Shown piece by piece: positions 1 to 8,972 of a stretch of 64,000 nucleotides of DNA (position 1 is its first letter; each line of letters opens with the position of its first letter). A model generated the notes under the pieces. It had not been told where the DNA came from. It was given only the letters and a program-made list of their open reading frames with translations, and did no database searches. Source of the DNA: Dehalococcoidia bacterium (GTDB taxonomy: Bacteria > Chloroflexota > Dehalococcoidia > Plut-88900); assembly GCA_965197585.1 (NCBI GenBank), contig OZ240215.1, forward strand, positions 896,001 to 960,000, in the 5' to 3' direction. Made by a program: the position numbers and the translations under genes.

Positions 1-530
1 AGCTGGTAAGCGGCGCCTATGGCATCGCTGCCGCTGGAGCAGGCGGAAGTCGTACAGAAATTGGGTCCCTTGATACCGAGGTCTATGGAAACCTGTCCGG
101 AAGCCATGTCGGTGATCATCATGGGGACCAGGAAAGGGCTGATACGAGAGGGGCCCTTGTCCCGGAGCACGTTGAACTGCTCCGATAGCGTGATAAGTCC
201 CCCGATGCCGCTCCCGATAACCGTTCCTACGTCGCCCGCGTTTTCGTCGGTAATTTCAAGGCCGGATTGGGCGGCGGCCTCCCTGGCGGCGATGACGGCG
301 AACTGGACGAAGCGGTCCATACGCCGTGCGGCCTTCCGGTCAAGGTGATCGTTGGGGTTGAAGTCGGAGACTTCTGCGGCGATGTGGGTCTCGTAGTCGG
401 AGGAATCGAAGGCGGTGATATAGCCCACGCCCGACTGACCGGAAATCAAGCTCCCCCAAGTAGACTCGACGTCCATTCCGAGAGGGGTAACCAAACCAAC
501 GCCTGTGACTACTACACGGTGGTCAAGCAC
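1..530 (-). CDS. fabF: 3-oxoacyl-ACP synthase II (5' part; runs off the window edge)
   Basis: Manual translation from GTG at 530: MLDHRVVVTGVGLVTPLG...SGVGYITAFDSSDYETHIAAEV...MDRFVQF...ISPFLVPMMITDMASGQVSI...GPNFCTTSACSSG (catalytic Cys motif). Not in the ORF track because it is truncated. Confidence 0.93.
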   Translation of the reverse strand, partial: MLDHRVVVTGVGLVTPLGMDVESTWGSLISGQSGVGYITAFDSSDYETHIAAEVSDFNPNDHLDRKAARRMDRFVQFAVIAAREAAAQSGLEITDENAGDVGTVIGSGIGGLITLSEQFNVLRDKGPSRISPFLVPMMITDMASGQVSIDLGIKGPNFCTTSACSSGSDAIGAAYQ

Positions 531-555
531 TGGAAAGTCCTGCCTTTACACGGAT

Positions 556-2100
556 CTAAGGGGAAGGCTGCTTTGCAGGGGGCCCCTGGTCCAGGAGTTC
601 AATGCCTCGGCGGTAGGTCTCAATGTCGGAGAGGGTCCTGTACTGGCGGAGGAACTTGATAACGCTCTCCCGGGTTGTGGAGACCTCGTTGATCATTCTC
701 CTGATCCTGTCCATCCCTCCGTCTCCCACGGTGCGCCAAAGGGAGGCGTACTGCTCATAGAACTTTTCGCCCCCCAATTTGGTCGGCAATACGCTGTGGA
801 GGAAGTCGAAGAAGTGGGGCTCCTTCGTAACCAGCTTGCTGTGCATATCCTTCCACTGACCGGTGCCGGGCAGGGGAGTGAGTATTGTGTAGTTGGGAAA
901 CTCGATCCTGGTCTCGTTGACCTTCTCCTTGAGATTTTCGAAGTTATTATCCATCCAATGCTGGAAGATCATAACGGCGCCCCAAATCCGAATGCCCATG
1001 CTGTGGAGGATGTCGATGGACTTCTCGTTGTCACCGACACGGGTGCCCTTGGCAACGGAGTTCAGGTCGCTCTGTTCAAAGGATTCAAGGCCGACTAACA
1101 CGGTGTCGAGCCCGGCCTTGGCCCATTTTTCGAACTTCTTGGGGTTTCGGACCACGTTGTCGGCGCGGACCTGCATCCAGTAACGTTGGCCGAGATCCAT
1201 GTCGATGATCTTGTCGGCGAGGTCGTCCATGGGATCAAATCCCGGCGGGTAGGCCATTTTGAGGGAGCCGGGAAGCTCCTGGATGGCCAAGTCGTCGACA
1301 ATGTTGATCCACGAATTGCGGGGGAGCTTGGAAAGCTCAAGGAGCGTGCGATCGTTGCCCTGGACCTTGTACTCGCCGCGGTGGAACTCGTGGACGGAGC
1401 AGAAGTTGCAACGGTAGATGCAACCGCGAGCCATTTCTACGGAGTAGGGCTTGGTGTGATATAGGAAGAAATAGTCGTCCCTGTACTGGTCTACGAGATG
1501 CCGGGCGGGCAGAGGGCGCTCGTTCATGGATAGGGAGTCGAACTCCTTAAGGGAGCTCTTCTTTATTACTTTGGTGTTGGACTGGTCGAAGTCCCCGCTG
1601 GCGGTGCGGTAGATAACCTCGGGTATAGAGTCGAGTCCCCGGTCATTCTGGAGGCTGAGTACAAGGCGGCGGAAGGTGTTCTCACCGTCGCCGATGACGA
1701 TTGCATCGATGTCCGGGCTGAATGCGTCCTGGGGTGCGAGGGAGACGTGATGACCGCCTACAATGATGATTATGTCCGAGGATATCTTCTTGATCTCCCG
1801 GGCCAAGTTCTTAACGGACGAGACGTCGACCGTGTAGCCCTCTCGTATACCGACTACGTCGGGCTTGAACTCCTCGATGACCTGGGCCAGAGGCTTCTTG
1901 TCGACGCGCATGTCATAGATACGTACGTCAGCGATGTCGAGGAGGTTTCCGGCCAGGTATTCCAAGCCCAGGGGTTCGACAATCACCGTGGCGTTAAAGC
2001 CTACAAAGAGGCTGTTGGGCGGCTCTGTTAAAAGGACTCTGCGGGGACGTTGGTACGTTCGGGATCCTACGCCCCTAGTCGCCTGAACAGTCATGGGCAC
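556..2100 (-). CDS. Cobalamin-binding radical SAM protein (class B methylase-like; resembles the HpnR family)
   Basis: N-terminal B12-binding domain (EPLGLEYLAG, IVGGHHVSLAP, IGDGE), CIYRCNFC cluster motif, GLES, ILTPLPGT, FDFLHSVLPTKL. Confidence 0.85.
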   Translation of the reverse strand: MPMTVQATRGVGSRTYQRPRRVLLTEPPNSLFVGFNATVIVEPLGLEYLAGNLLDIADVRIYDMRVDKKPLAQVIEEFKPDVVGIREGYTVDVSSVKNLAREIKKISSDIIIIVGGHHVSLAPQDAFSPDIDAIVIGDGENTFRRLVLSLQNDRGLDSIPEVIYRTASGDFDQSNTKVIKKSSLKEFDSLSMNERPLPARHLVDQYRDDYFFLYHTKPYSVEMARGCIYRCNFCSVHEFHRGEYKVQGNDRTLLELSKLPRNSWINIVDDLAIQELPGSLKMAYPPGFDPMDDLADKIIDMDLGQRYWMQVRADNVVRNPKKFEKWAKAGLDTVLVGLESFEQSDLNSVAKGTRVGDNEKSIDILHSMGIRIWGAVMIFQHWMDNNFENLKEKVNETRIEFPNYTILTPLPGTGQWKDMHSKLVTKEPHFFDFLHSVLPTKLGGEKFYEQYASLWRTVGDGGMDRIRRMINEVSTTRESVIKFLRQYRTLSDIETYRRGIELLDQGPPAKQPSP

Positions 2101-2196
2101 TCCCTGGGCCGTGCGGCCCTAGCAGGTCATACAGGGTATGGGTGAAAAAAGATTCGGGTGAAAACAAGGTAATCATCAGACTTCTTTCGGATGTGA

Positions 2197-2222
2197 ATTA
2201 TAACACAACAGCCTAATGTCAA
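2197..2222 (-). promoter_or_regulatory. sigma70-like promoter for the radical SAM-fabF unit
   Basis: Minus strand TTGACA-N14-TATAAT with TGn extended -10; spacer is short, so the -35 may not be used. Confidence 0.45.
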
Positions 2223-2351
2223 ATCTGGGGATGGCTGAGCAGGCGGCGACCAGGTGGCATTACGGGTGCGGGATACCGGATAATGTATGGCGTATGTGAA
2301 AAGTGCATGGCCGGACAGAATTTCTTTCCAGCATTATGCAATTATCTAACA

Positions 2352-3692
2352 ATGCCGAGCAAACTATCAACAGGAAGATCAGATAAGCCTCGCGTTGCGG
2401 TAGCGGCGCACGGGTGCAAGCTGAACCAGGCCGAGGCGGACGCAATGAGCCGCCGACTGGCCGAGGTAGGGTTCGAAGTTGTACACCAGTCCGCCGAGGC
2501 TGACCTCTACGTGCTGAACACCTGCAGCGTGACCCACGTGGCCGATGCTAAAGGCAGGCAATGGCTCGGGGGGGCGCGGAGGAGGAATCCGCAGGCAAAG
2601 GTGATCGCGACGGGATGCTACGCGATGCGGGCCACGGGGGAGGTTGAAGCGCTTGAAAGCGTGGATGCGGTGGTCCTGAACAGGGACAAGGGTCGGCTGG
2701 CAGAAGTGGCGTCGGAGTTGATGGCGGACTGGGAAGATGGGGTCGCTCGGTCTCCTATCCCGGATGCGAGGGGGGTGGGGAGGAGCAGGGCTTTCGTGAA
2801 GATTCAGGATGGGTGTAATCAGTTTTGCGCGTTCTGCGTAATACCTATGACCAGGGGCCGGGAATTCAACGTGCCCCTGGACCAGGCCCTGATCGATATC
2901 CGTGCACGGTTGGATGAGGGATTCAAGGAAGTGGTTATCACCGGCCCCCAGATCGGCTCCTACGGCCAGTACCCGCCAACCGCCGAGTTTCGCCGAGACC
3001 CGGAAGGGTATGATGGTCGGCTGCACGGGTTGATTGAGAGGGTGTTGGAAGAGACGGACCTACAGCGGTTGAGGGTCTCCTCCATACAGCCGCAGGACGT
3101 GACGCCAAGGCTGCTGCGGGCGTTTGGCAGTGCTCGGGTGTGCAGCCATGTTCACATAGCTCTGCAGAGCGGAAGCGACGCCGTACTGAGCCGCATGGGC
3201 CGACGATACAGGGTGGATGAGTATAGGAAGGCGGTATACAGATTCCGAGAAGCCATCCCCGGCATTGCCATCACGACCGACGTGATGGTCGGGTTTCCGG
3301 GAGAGACTCGGGAGGAGTTCGAAGAGAGCTACCGGTTCTGCCGAGAGATGGCCTTCGCAGCGGTGCACGTGTTCCCGTATTCTCGGAGGCCCGGGACCCG
3401 GGCGTACGATTTCGATGGAGCAGTGCCCGATGAGGAGAAGCGGGACAGGATGGGCCGGATGCTGGCGCGGGCAGGGGAGTTGTCGGTGGAGTACCGTCGG
3501 GCTTTCCTTGGGAAGCCGCTGGACGTGTTGTGGGAGGAGAAGGTACGGGTGGACGGGTCGGAGTATTGGTCTGGGCTTTCGGATAACTACATCCGGGCCT
3601 ACGCTTCGGACAGTGGAGCCGCGGAAAATGAAATTACCCGTGGGGTAGCCACGAGTGAAGTTGGCAAGGGGTTGCTGGTGGAAAGAGCTTAG
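2352..3692 (+). CDS. mtaB: tRNA t6A37 methylthiotransferase (MtaB/MiaB family)
   Basis: HGCKLNQAE, NTCSVT, ATGCYA, VKIQDGCNQFCAFCVIP, LQSGSD, VGFPGET, HVFPYSRRPGT; start uncertain (2283 or 2352). Confidence 0.88.
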   Translation: MPSKLSTGRSDKPRVAVAAHGCKLNQAEADAMSRRLAEVGFEVVHQSAEADLYVLNTCSVTHVADAKGRQWLGGARRRNPQAKVIATGCYAMRATGEVEALESVDAVVLNRDKGRLAEVASELMADWEDGVARSPIPDARGVGRSRAFVKIQDGCNQFCAFCVIPMTRGREFNVPLDQALIDIRARLDEGFKEVVITGPQIGSYGQYPPTAEFRRDPEGYDGRLHGLIERVLEETDLQRLRVSSIQPQDVTPRLLRAFGSARVCSHVHIALQSGSDAVLSRMGRRYRVDEYRKAVYRFREAIPGIAITTDVMVGFPGETREEFEESYRFCREMAFAAVHVFPYSRRPGTRAYDFDGAVPDEEKRDRMGRMLARAGELSVEYRRAFLGKPLDVLWEEKVRVDGSEYWSGLSDNYIRAYASDSGAAENEITRGVATSEVGKGLLVERA

Positions 3693-3711
3693 CCCTGGTG
3701 GAGTAGGGTAA

Positions 3712-4551
3712 CTAACAGACTTTGGCGGGGTTGAGCAGGACTCGCCCATTGCGGCTTTCCACGTAGCCGGAAATGGTCTCTGGGTCGTGGGCGAAGACCA
3801 GTAGCCAGCCGTGTTTCTCGGCGTCTTCCAGCAGCTTGCGCTTGCGCTCCATGCTCTCCATCGGGTATTGATCGAAGGCGGGGATATAGGGCAAAGGCAG
3901 GTGATGGGAAGTGGCGACCAGGTCTCCCAGGATCACGGCTTTGCGCTGGCCCGTGCCGGCCATGACTAGCTGGTGCCCTGCCGAGTGTCCCCCGGTCAGG
4001 ACGGTATCTACGCCTTTTTCAATCTCAGTGTCTCCATCGAGCAGCTCGAGCTGTTTGTTGAAGAGGAGCGGCTCGAAATCGTCGGGGTGGTAGGCGGCCT
4101 TGTTGCGTTCGTTGGGGTGTGTGGCCTCTTCCCAGTCAGCGCGCTGGACCAGGTATTTTGCCTTTGGGAAGGTCGGGACCACCTCGCCCTTTGAGTTGAA
4201 GCGGGTGCAACCGCCCACGTGGTCGAAGTGGAGGTGAGACAGAATCACGAGGTCTATGTCCCGGGGCCCGAGCCCGTGCTCCTTGAGACGCCGTAGGATC
4301 TTGCCCGCGGAGAGTCCATAAATGTCCTTGTCTCGGTCGGACTCTTTTTTGCCGATGCCCGTGTCGACGAGGATGTTGTGGCCGTTGGAGTGGATGAGCA
4401 TGCAGTTGAGGCCCATTTGAAGCCTGTTCCTGCGGTCGGCTTTGACTTTGCGCTGCCAGAGGGTCTTAGGAACGACGCCGAAGATCGCGCCCGCGTCGAG
4501 TTTGAAAGTACCGTCACTAATGACGTGAACGTCGATATCTCCGAATTTCAC
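3712..4551 (-). CDS. MBL-fold metallo-hydrolase (YtnP-like)
   Basis: LDAGAIFGVVPKTLW, SHLHFDHVGG (HxHxDH), GGHSAGHQ, FAHD. Confidence 0.88.
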   Translation of the reverse strand: MKFGDIDVHVISDGTFKLDAGAIFGVVPKTLWQRKVKADRRNRLQMGLNCMLIHSNGHNILVDTGIGKKESDRDKDIYGLSAGKILRRLKEHGLGPRDIDLVILSHLHFDHVGGCTRFNSKGEVVPTFPKAKYLVQRADWEEATHPNERNKAAYHPDDFEPLLFNKQLELLDGDTEIEKGVDTVLTGGHSAGHQLVMAGTGQRKAVILGDLVATSHHLPLPYIPAFDQYPMESMERKRKLLEDAEKHGWLLVFAHDPETISGYVESRNGRVLLNPAKVC

Positions 4552-4590
4552 AAGCCACCTCCAGAAACGGGATGGTGATAATGGTCTAAA

Positions 4591-4666
4591 TGGTGCGCCT
4601 GAAGGGATTCGAACCCCCGACCCTCGGTTCCGAAGACCGATGCTCTATCCGCTGAGCTACAGGCGC
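4591..4666 (-). tRNA. tRNA-Arg (anticodon UCG)
   Basis: GCGCCTGTAGCTCAGCGGATAGAGCATCGGTCTTCGGAACCGAGGGTCGGGGGTTCGAATCCCTTCAGGCGCACCA folds as a cloverleaf; loop CT-TCG-GA; CCA encoded. Confidence 0.95.
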
Positions 4667-4700
4667 AAAGTGTTCCGCCGGGTGAAGTTTTGAAAGGACA

Positions 4701-4777
4701 TGGGGTGAGCGAAGGGATTCGAACCCTCGATCTCCAGGGCCACAACCTGGTGCCTTAACCGCTAGGCTACGCCCACC
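4701..4777 (-). tRNA. tRNA-His (anticodon GUG), G-1 encoded
   Basis: GGTGGGCGTAGCCTAGCGGTTAAGGCACCAGGTTGTGGCCCTGGAGATCGAGGGTTCGAATCCCTTCGCTCACCCCA; C73 discriminator, CCA encoded. Confidence 0.95.
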
Positions 4778-4798
4778 ATGAGCAGAGACGTGTGGCGG

Positions 4799-4827
4799 AT
4801 TCTAGCATCGGGCATTAGAGGGGTCAA
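4799..4827 (-). promoter_or_regulatory. Promoter of the tRNA-His/tRNA-Arg pair
   Basis: Minus strand TTGACC-N17-TAGAAT with extended TG, just upstream of tRNA-His. Confidence 0.7.
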
Positions 4828-4891
4828 GGAAAAAAGGTGATGGGCAGAGGGACCGCATTGCTTTCGGAAGCCTGAATGGCAAGTAAACGGA

Positions 4892-5611
4892 TTAGTGTTC
4901 AGGGTTATTGTCCGGTTGTTTGAGGAGGTCGGGGCGGCGGCGCTGGGTCTCAATCAGTGATTGCTCCTTCCGCCAGGAATCGATGTGCGCGTGGTGACCC
5001 GAGAGCAGGATTTCCGGCACCGACCAGCCCCGAAACTCGGGGGGACGGGTGTACTGGGGGTACTGGAGTAGTCCGTCGGTGTGGGACTCACGGGCGGTTG
5101 ATTCCTCGGAACCCAGGACCTCAGGCATAAAACGGGCTACGCAGTCGATGACGACCATGGCCGCAAGCTCTCCGCCGGTGAGCACGTAGTCTCCGATGCT
5201 AATTTCGTCAGTAGCGAGATGATCAACAATTCGCTGGTCCACGCCCTCGTAGTGGCCGCAGAGAAGAACGATGTCGGGGTGTTGGGCCAATTCCCCAGCG
5301 ACCTTCTGGGTAAGGAGCCGACCCTTGGGGCTGAGCAATATCACGGGAATCGGGCTGGGTGTGGGTTGCGTCTTGCTGATGTTTGCAAGCTGGGTCTCGA
5401 CTGCTTTGAAGACGGGCTCGGGCTTCATAACCATGCCGGGGCCTCCACCGTACGCGTAGTCATCGACGATCCTGTGCTTGTCCTCGGCGTAGTCACGGAT
5501 GTCGTGGAGGTGGACGCTGATCAAACCCCTGTCCCGGGCGCGCTTTATGATGCTTTCGCTGATCGGGCCGTGAAACATGGTGGGGAACAGGGTAAAGACG
5601 TGAAAGTTCAT
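4892..5611 (-). CDS. trmD: tRNA (guanine37-N1)-methyltransferase
   Basis: [62 protein letters not shown]. Confidence 0.97.
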   Translation of the reverse strand: MNFHVFTLFPTMFHGPISESIIKRARDRGLISVHLHDIRDYAEDKHRIVDDYAYGGGPGMVMKPEPVFKAVETQLANISKTQPTPSPIPVILLSPKGRLLTQKVAGELAQHPDIVLLCGHYEGVDQRIVDHLATDEISIGDYVLTGGELAAMVVIDCVARFMPEVLGSEESTARESHTDGLLQYPQYTRPPEFRGWSVPEILLSGHHAHIDSWRKEQSLIETQRRRPDLLKQPDNNPEH

Positions 5612-5629
5612 GGCGAGGGCTGGAGCCTG

Positions 5630-6115
5630 CTAGTGAGCCGTGTCGCCTTTTAGCAGGGTTAGAGCGTGGGATAGTACAGGAGAAATGGCGTCCAGGCATT
5701 CCCGGACGGCCTTCGGGCTGCCGGGCAGGTTGACTATCAGGCATGAGCCCTTCGCGCCCGCTATCTGACGGCTGATCATGCCCATCGGTGTCTTTTCCAT
5801 GCTGGCGAGGCGCATGGCCTCAGGGATGCCGGGGACCTGGCGTTCTATGACGGACAGGGTGGCCTCCGGGGTGATGTCCCGGGGCCCGAGGCCCGTGCCT
5901 CCAGTGGTCAGTATTAGGTCGACATCGCCGCTGTCAGCCCATTCCCGTAGGGTGTTGGCTATCTGGTGCTGATCATCCGGCACGATGACATATTTGGCTG
6001 GATTCATGCCCAGTGCGGTAACCATTTCGTTGATGAGAGGCCCGCTCGCGTCCTCGCGCTTGCCCTGGGCCCCGAGATCGCTGCTGGTGAGTATGCCTAC
6101 GTTGAATGGGGACAT
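5630..6115 (-). CDS. mog: Molybdopterin adenylyltransferase (MogA/MoaB family)
   Basis: GILTSSD, DASGP, IVPDD, TTGGTGLGPRDITPEAT, NLPGSPKAVRECL; start moved to the ATG at 6115. Confidence 0.9.
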   Translation of the reverse strand: MSPFNVGILTSSDLGAQGKREDASGPLINEMVTALGMNPAKYVIVPDDQHQIANTLREWADSGDVDLILTTGGTGLGPRDITPEATLSVIERQVPGIPEAMRLASMEKTPMGMISRQIAGAKGSCLIVNLPGSPKAVRECLDAISPVLSHALTLLKGDTAH

Positions 6116-6171
6116 GTCTTTTGGTATCCGCAATCCATGATAGCACGGTAGGAAATCGGCGCTGTTTTGCG

Positions 6172-6225
6172 TTGACAGTGGCACCCTGAGTGGTAGAATG
6201 TGGGGACTAGTGGGGACAGGTGGGC
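6172..6225 (+). promoter_or_regulatory. mraZ promoter and MraZ-binding direct repeats
   Basis: TTGACA (6172)-N16-TAGAAT (6194); GTGG/TGGG repeats with 10-bp period at 6191, 6201, 6211, 6221, matching the known MraZ operator architecture. Confidence 0.8.
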
Positions 6226-6232
6226 GATGCCT

Positions 6233-6661
6233 ATGTTTCTCGGGGAGTATGAATATCGCCTGGACCAAAAGGGGCGGGTGGCGATTCCGCCCAAGGCTCG
6301 AGGCGATTTCAGTGACGGCATAGTCGTAACTCGTGGCTATGATAACTGCATAGTTGCGTATACCACTACGACCTGGGACCGGCTGGCCGAGGAATACGCC
6401 TCGCTGCCGGGTACTGACCGCGGGGCGAGGCTCGTGAACCGGCTGGTGTTCTCCAGCGCTTTCCGATTGACGCTGGACCGCCTGGGCAGACTGGGTCTGC
6501 CGACTCCACTACGGGAATACGCTCAGATCGATGAAGAGGTGGTGGTGGCGGGGGTGGGGAGTCACCTGGAGATATGGGGCAAGGAGCTTTGGGCCCGGGA
6601 ACGGGAGTTGATGGAAGAGAAGGCCTCCGAGATAGCCCAGGGACTGAGCGACCGGCCTTAG
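6233..6661 (+). CDS. mraZ: Division/cell-wall cluster transcriptional repressor MraZ
   Basis: MFLGEYEYRLDQKGRVAIP and second repeat LDRLGRLGLP...LEIW. Confidence 0.95.
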   Translation: MFLGEYEYRLDQKGRVAIPPKARGDFSDGIVVTRGYDNCIVAYTTTTWDRLAEEYASLPGTDRGARLVNRLVFSSAFRLTLDRLGRLGLPTPLREYAQIDEEVVVAGVGSHLEIWGKELWARERELMEEKASEIAQGLSDRP

Positions 6662-6689
6662 GGGAACCAAGCAGCGCTTCTTTCTGACA

Positions 6690-7613
6690 ATGAGTGAATA
6701 CAGGCACCAACCGGTTATGACGGCGGAAGTGTTGGAGGGCCTAAATGTCAGGCCCGGAGGCACTTACCTCGACGCGACGATGGGCGAGGGAGGCCACTCA
6801 GGCCCGATCGTGGAGTCGTGTCTGCCGGGAGGCCGGGTGCTGGGCCTGGACGCCGATCCGTCCGTTGTGTCGATAGCCTCGCAGCGGTTGTCACATTTCC
6901 AAGGTGCATTCGAGGCGAGGGCAGCGAACTATGCGAATATGAAGTCCATAGCAGCGGATGCCAGCTTCCGGGAACTGAACGGAGTGCTATTCGATCTCGG
7001 GTTTTCGTCTCGGCAGATTGACGATCCGGGTCGGGGATTCAGCTTCCAGGGGGACGGGCCCCTGGACATGAGGTTCGATACGGATCAGGCGCTGACGGCC
7101 GGCGAAATTGTCAACACGTGGCCGGAAGCGGAACTGGCCCAGACGATCCGGGAATACGGGGAAGAGCCCCGGGCCCGGAGAATAGCGGAGGCGATAGTTA
7201 GACAGCGCCCCGTGAATTCGACGGGAAGCCTGGCGGCGATTATTTCGAGGGCGTCGGGTGGAGGACGGCGGAAAATCCATCCCGCAACCCGGACTTTCCA
7301 GGCGCTCCGTATACAGGTGAACAGGGAGCTTGAAAATCTGCAAGGCGGGCTGGAAGGCGCCATAGACCTGCTGGCGGCAGGGGGGAGACTGGTTGTCATA
7401 ACCTACCACTCCCTTGAAGCGGCGCTCGTAAAGTCGTTCCTGCGCCGGGAGTCGGGAATGTGCATATGCCCCCCCGAGCTGCCCGTATGCACGTGTGGAA
7501 GGGTGCGCCGCATGAAGCGGATCACCCGTAAAGCCATAGCTCCGAGTAAAGAAGAAGTGTCCAGCAACCCCAGAGCCCGAAGCGCAAGGCTGAGGGTGGG
7601 AGAAAGGGTCTAG
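6690..7613 (+). CDS. rsmH: 16S rRNA m4C1402 methyltransferase
   Basis: HQPVM, DATMGEGGHS, FDLGFSS, GPLDMR, HPATRTFQALRIQVNREL, NPRARSARLR. Confidence 0.97.
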   Translation: MSEYRHQPVMTAEVLEGLNVRPGGTYLDATMGEGGHSGPIVESCLPGGRVLGLDADPSVVSIASQRLSHFQGAFEARAANYANMKSIAADASFRELNGVLFDLGFSSRQIDDPGRGFSFQGDGPLDMRFDTDQALTAGEIVNTWPEAELAQTIREYGEEPRARRIAEAIVRQRPVNSTGSLAAIISRASGGGRRKIHPATRTFQALRIQVNRELENLQGGLEGAIDLLAAGGRLVVITYHSLEAALVKSFLRRESGMCICPPELPVCTCGRVRRMKRITRKAIAPSKEEVSSNPRARSARLRVGERV

Positions 7614-7689
7614 CAAGCGGGTCCGGCTGGCGGACAAGGCCGGTACTCACGTCGGCGCTCTTTTGTCAGAGCGCGAAAGGGAATGAGAA

Positions 7690-8811
7690 ATGATAAGAAG
7701 GCCAAAGCAGCTCAATCTCGCGAAGGTAAAGATCATAGGAGTCGGGGGTGGGGGAAGCAATGCGGTCACCCGGATGGCCGTCGGCAAGGCCAAGAATCTG
7801 GACCTTGCCTGTATAAACACTGACGCCCAGGCCCTGGACCTGATGCAGGTGCCCAACCGGCTGTGCATCGGGCCGTCAACTACCAACGGGCTCGGCAGCG
7901 GCGGCGACCCGAGCATGGGCTGGAAGGCCGCCGAGGAGAGCAAGGAAGAGATAGAAGAAATGATCGGGGACGCCGACATGGTGTTCGTGGCGGCGGGGAT
8001 GGGTGGGGGCACCGGTACGGGAGCGGCCCCCATAGTCGCGGAGTTGGCGCGGGAATTGGGAGCTTTGACCGTAGGGGTCGTGACCAAGCCATTTTCGTTT
8101 GAAGGCCGGGCCCGCATGAGCGTTGCCGAAGAAGGCATAAACATGCTGGTGGAGCACGTCGACACCCTCATCACTATCGACAACAACCGGCTTCTGGATG
8201 CCTGTGAGTACGATTTGCCGATGTCGGAAGCCTTTGGATTGGTGGACGACGTCCTTGCCCAGGGCGTGCAGGCGATATCGGACATAATCAACGTTCCGGG
8301 CGAGATCAACGTGGACTTCGCAGATGTTCGCAACGTAATGCAGGATGGCGGCCATGCTCTCATGGCGATCGGGGTGGGGGAGGGTGAAGACAGGATGATA
8401 AAGGCAACGACTCAGGCACTGGCGTCGCCGTTGCTGGAATCGTCTTTCCATGGAGCGACCGGCGTGTTGCTGAACATATCGGGCGGGGACGACTTAACGC
8501 TGGGCGAGACCAACAGGGCGGCGGAGCTGCTGAGCAGGGCCTCTAACCCCGATGCCCTGGTGATATTCGGCGTAGTACGAGACAAGGAGTTGGAGGGGAA
8601 GGTTCGGATAACGCTGATAGCCACGGGACTGGAGATGGGCAGCACCGGTGAGGAGCTTCCAAAAGGTCGGGTGATCACATCCCAGGGCCGGGAAGCGCCG
8701 GAGAGGTTAAAGGGACGGGTGAACGGGCTGCGGAACGGTAAGAACGGGTCTCGGTTCGGTGGGCTTTTCAAGCGGGGGTCGGGCGCCAGGACATCCAGGT
8801 CATTCCGCTAG
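7690..8811 (+). CDS. ftsZ: Cell division GTPase FtsZ
   Basis: IGVGGGGSNAV, NTDAQAL, AGMGGGTGTG tubulin signature, PFSFEG, INVDFADV, TLIATG. Confidence 0.97.
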   Translation: MIRRPKQLNLAKVKIIGVGGGGSNAVTRMAVGKAKNLDLACINTDAQALDLMQVPNRLCIGPSTTNGLGSGGDPSMGWKAAEESKEEIEEMIGDADMVFVAAGMGGGTGTGAAPIVAELARELGALTVGVVTKPFSFEGRARMSVAEEGINMLVEHVDTLITIDNNRLLDACEYDLPMSEAFGLVDDVLAQGVQAISDIINVPGEINVDFADVRNVMQDGGHALMAIGVGEGEDRMIKATTQALASPLLESSFHGATGVLLNISGGDDLTLGETNRAAELLSRASNPDALVIFGVVRDKELEGKVRITLIATGLEMGSTGEELPKGRVITSQGREAPERLKGRVNGLRNGKNGSRFGGLFKRGSGARTSRSFR

Positions 8812-8874
8812 ACAATCTTTAACTGAATTCGAACTCAGTCAAAGATTTTGCTCAAAAACTGCGGTTGTCATAGC

Positions 8875-8928
8875 TTGACAGCGGTAACATGTAGTAGTAG
8901 TTTTACCCAACAGCACTACATGTTGTGG
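8875..8928 (+). promoter_or_regulatory. nrdR promoter with tandem NrdR boxes
   Basis: TTGACA at 8875; NrdR-box-like TAACATGTAGTAG and CACTACATGTTGTG whose ACAT cores are 31 bp apart (typical tandem spacing). Confidence 0.7.
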
Positions 8929-8972
8929 TGTTGTGAATTATATCCTTCCCTTACCGGCGGAGTCTTTAAACC

